Shown here piece after piece: positions 5,821-8,306 of a stretch of DNA of 8,306 nucleotides. The notes below the pieces were generated by a model. The model had not been told where the DNA came from. It did no database searches and saw only the letters and a program-made list of their open reading frames with translations. A program made the translations under genes and the position numbers. Within the stretch, counting starts at the first letter, position 1; each line of letters starts with the position of its first letter. Source of the stretch: Octopus sinensis. Taxonomy: Eukaryota. Where the stretch lies: positions 1 to 8,306 of the forward strand of contig NW_021828449.1 of NCBI RefSeq assembly GCF_006345805.1, in the 5' to 3' direction.

Positions 5821-6502
5821 AGTAGATCAGTGATTAGAACAAAACAAATTATAGAAGAAAAAGATCAGTTATCGGGAGAGGGGCAAGTAGGGCGATGAGA
5901 ACGCGGCAACTCAGCCTTGAAAATACATGCAAGTTGGTGATGAGAGATGATGACATGTCAATAAAGAGCTCGGGATTAGTTAAGAAATCGAATCGTAGCA
6001 GGCTGAATTCTCACTAGAAGGCCAGTGTTGTTCAGGAAGAGGCATGTCAGTGGAAGAAAACGAGGTCGGTTTTTCCGGAACGAGGTAAACAGTTGAACGA
6101 TGAGAACGAGGCTGTTGGCTCACAGTTCAGTAAGAAGCTGCCATGATGTTTGAAAAGTAAGCTAACATTACATCAGGTAAAAGGAATTTTCAATTCTGAA
6201 GCAACAGAATATCTAATTACACAGCAAGCTGAAATATCTAAGATCTGCCATTACCCTACATCGTCGTTCACTCACCGCACACTGCCCTCATCCCACCAAA
6301 ATCCTGTTCTCCATCAACTCCACCCCACCCCACCGAACTTCATACTGAAAGAAAACTAAGGAAATCACAAACCCCCATTTTTTCTTCTTATGCAGTATTA
6401 ATTACTCAGTTAAATGAGGGGAACATTTCTTGGATAGCACCATTTCTTAATTCCTAATTTAAAATATGTCTCTCGGTCTGTGTTTATGTCAGTGGTGCTC
6501 TA

Positions 6503-7235
6503 ATGCGCGCGCGCGTATGTGTGTTCGTATGTGTGTATATGTATACATGTATATATGTGTGCGCATATGTATGTAAATACGTATGGTGTGTATGAATGTA
6601 TATTTGTATGTATGTATACGTGTATGACTTTTATGAATATCTGTGTATGTGTGGTTGTATGTAAACATGTATGTGTTTATGAATGTATGCATACTTGCAT
6701 ATATGAATATATTTGTGTGTGTGTATGTATGCTTACACGTATACATATTCGTATGTATGTATATATGCATGTACATATATGTATGTGTATATATCAGTCT
6801 GTATATATATATTTGTGTGCGTATACGTATGAGGGTGTATATATATGCATGCAGTATATATTCTTTCATGCTTGTAAGTTTGTATGTAATAATGCATGTG
6901 TGTATGTATGCGTGTGTATGTGTTTGTGCATGTGTGTGTATATGTGCGTGCGTGCGTGTGCGGACGTAGATATGTATATGTGTTTGTAAATACACATAAG
7001 CATACAGGCATAGAGAGATACCTACATACATAGAGACATACATACGCACATATGCACACACACACATACACGCATAACTGTGCGTATTTGTGTATCTGTA
7101 AGGGTCTTTATATTTTAAATACATACATACACACAAAAGACATACATACATACACACACACACATACATACATACATACACACACACAAATACATACATA
7201 CATACATGCATGTGTGTGTGTGTGGTGTGTGTGTA
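6503..7235. repeat. About 730-bp compound alternating purine-pyrimidine satellite: (GC)5, then TG/TATG-rich, CA/CATA-rich, and TG-rich segments
   Basis: Seen directly; the source of the V/Y/M/C- and H/T/I/Y-rich ORFs. Confidence 0.93.
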
Positions 7236-7431
7236 TCATATATTTCAACAAGTTCGGACGCCCACCCCCTTCGCCGCTGCCCCCTTACAAATATAATTAA
7301 TATATAACATTTATTTTAATTTTGTGTTCTTCACTAATTAGACGGCTAATGGTGGTCTACATTTTTATAATTGACACCCACCCGCTCGAAACCTTGCCGA
7401 CGCCCTTGTCTATAATATCCATCCATGCATA

Positions 7432-7600
7432 CATTACACACACAAACACACACACATACACGCACAACATATACGTATGTAGTACATACATATACATACA
7501 CACACCAAACACAGACATAAATATGTTTGTATGTATATGTGTGTATATAGACACAGTATCCGTCCATACATGTACACTCACTACACACACACACACGCAC
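7432..7600. repeat. Degenerate CA/CATA - TATG - CA compound microsatellite
   Basis: Seen directly. Confidence 0.88.
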
Positions 7601-7936
7601 AAATATAATTTCCTGGAGTGTTAAATTAGCACAAGATGCACGTTTTGTTCGACGCACGTATTTTACTGTGAGAGACATTGGTGCAATACCAATATGGTAT
7701 AGCACTTAACTGCTAATAGTCCAGTCCACACCATTTAGTTGTATGTCGGTGTCACAGTGTTCTGTAGTTCACTGTACTGTATCGATGAGAAGAACTTTTA
7801 GCTGTTAACAGTCCACTTTAGCTACCAGTAAATATGCCGACTGGGACAACGGGGCGCAGCCGTTAGGGTGCCAACGACTTGGCATGGCCGACTGGATATT
7901 TAGGCTGTTTTGGTGAGAAAACATTTTGGTGGGCAA

Positions 7937-7967
7937 ACACACACACACACACACACACACCACACAC
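7937..7967. repeat. (AC)n microsatellite
   Basis: Seen directly. Confidence 0.95.
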
Positions 7968-8083
7968 GAGTGGACAAAGAGACATTACAATTTATTTATT
8001 GAACACTTTTGATATGAAGATTTCCCCTCTCCTCATACACGTAAACTGAAATATGCTTACAAGCATAAACAGACAGCTAAAAG

Positions 8084-8160
<77 letters not shown>

Positions 8161-8188
8161 GGAGATAGATAGACAGATAGATAGATAG
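8084..8188. repeat. (GATA)n-(GA)n-(GATA)n compound microsatellite
   Basis: Seen directly; a pure (AG)n core of about 58 bp with GATA arrays on both sides. Confidence 0.95.
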
Positions 8189-8306
8189 GTTAAAGCGTCT
8201 GACATTAAAGCGTCTGATACCGAATAAGTCAGCGTTGATCAGCGGCGCCAAAGAAGCGGTGTCACAACGACTGCGACAGAATGTCTCATACCCGTATATA
8301 GATACC

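Noticed and set aside
5870-6150. Possible decayed APE-endonuclease LINE fragment on the minus strand (SLLRFDFLTNP resembling LLDLFLT.NP), plus a GATGAGAACG 10-mer repeat
   Set aside because: One weak motif with multiple stops and no ordered supporting motifs; it cannot be called without a profile search.
6489-7705. Multiple 80-240 aa ORFs rich in V/C/M/Y or H/T/I/Y
   Set aside because: Translations of TG/CA/TATG satellites, which lack stop codons.

Overview
Non-genic, repeat-saturated animal DNA. It is most likely from an octopus or other coleoid cephalopod; this is inferred from recalled SINE families and the very high microsatellite density, not from a database search. No intact protein-coding gene is supported. 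The listed ORFs are simple-repeat read-throughs, chance ORFs, or in-frame pieces of dead retrotransposons. Manual translation across frameshifts shows four fragments of R4/Dong-clade non-LTR retrotransposons (restriction-like endonuclease, RLE, type) at 1-176 (+), 1055-1342 (-), 3871-4485 (-) and 4557-5081 (+). The window also holds four copies of one tRNA-derived SINE family (497-625, 796-1008, 2260-2413, 2557-2753), a different tRNA-headed SINE (5245-5508), several other retroposon fragments, a 20-unit 16-bp minisatellite, and many micro- and compound satellites. Two structures stand out. One is a chain of retroposons joined through shared (ATT)n tracts (626-1637), in which a well-preserved Dong-like 3' end has (TAA)n on both sides. 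The other is a minisatellite whose core is the SINE's own 3'-terminal motif. I found no convincing new gene system; the novelty is in how the elements are arranged.
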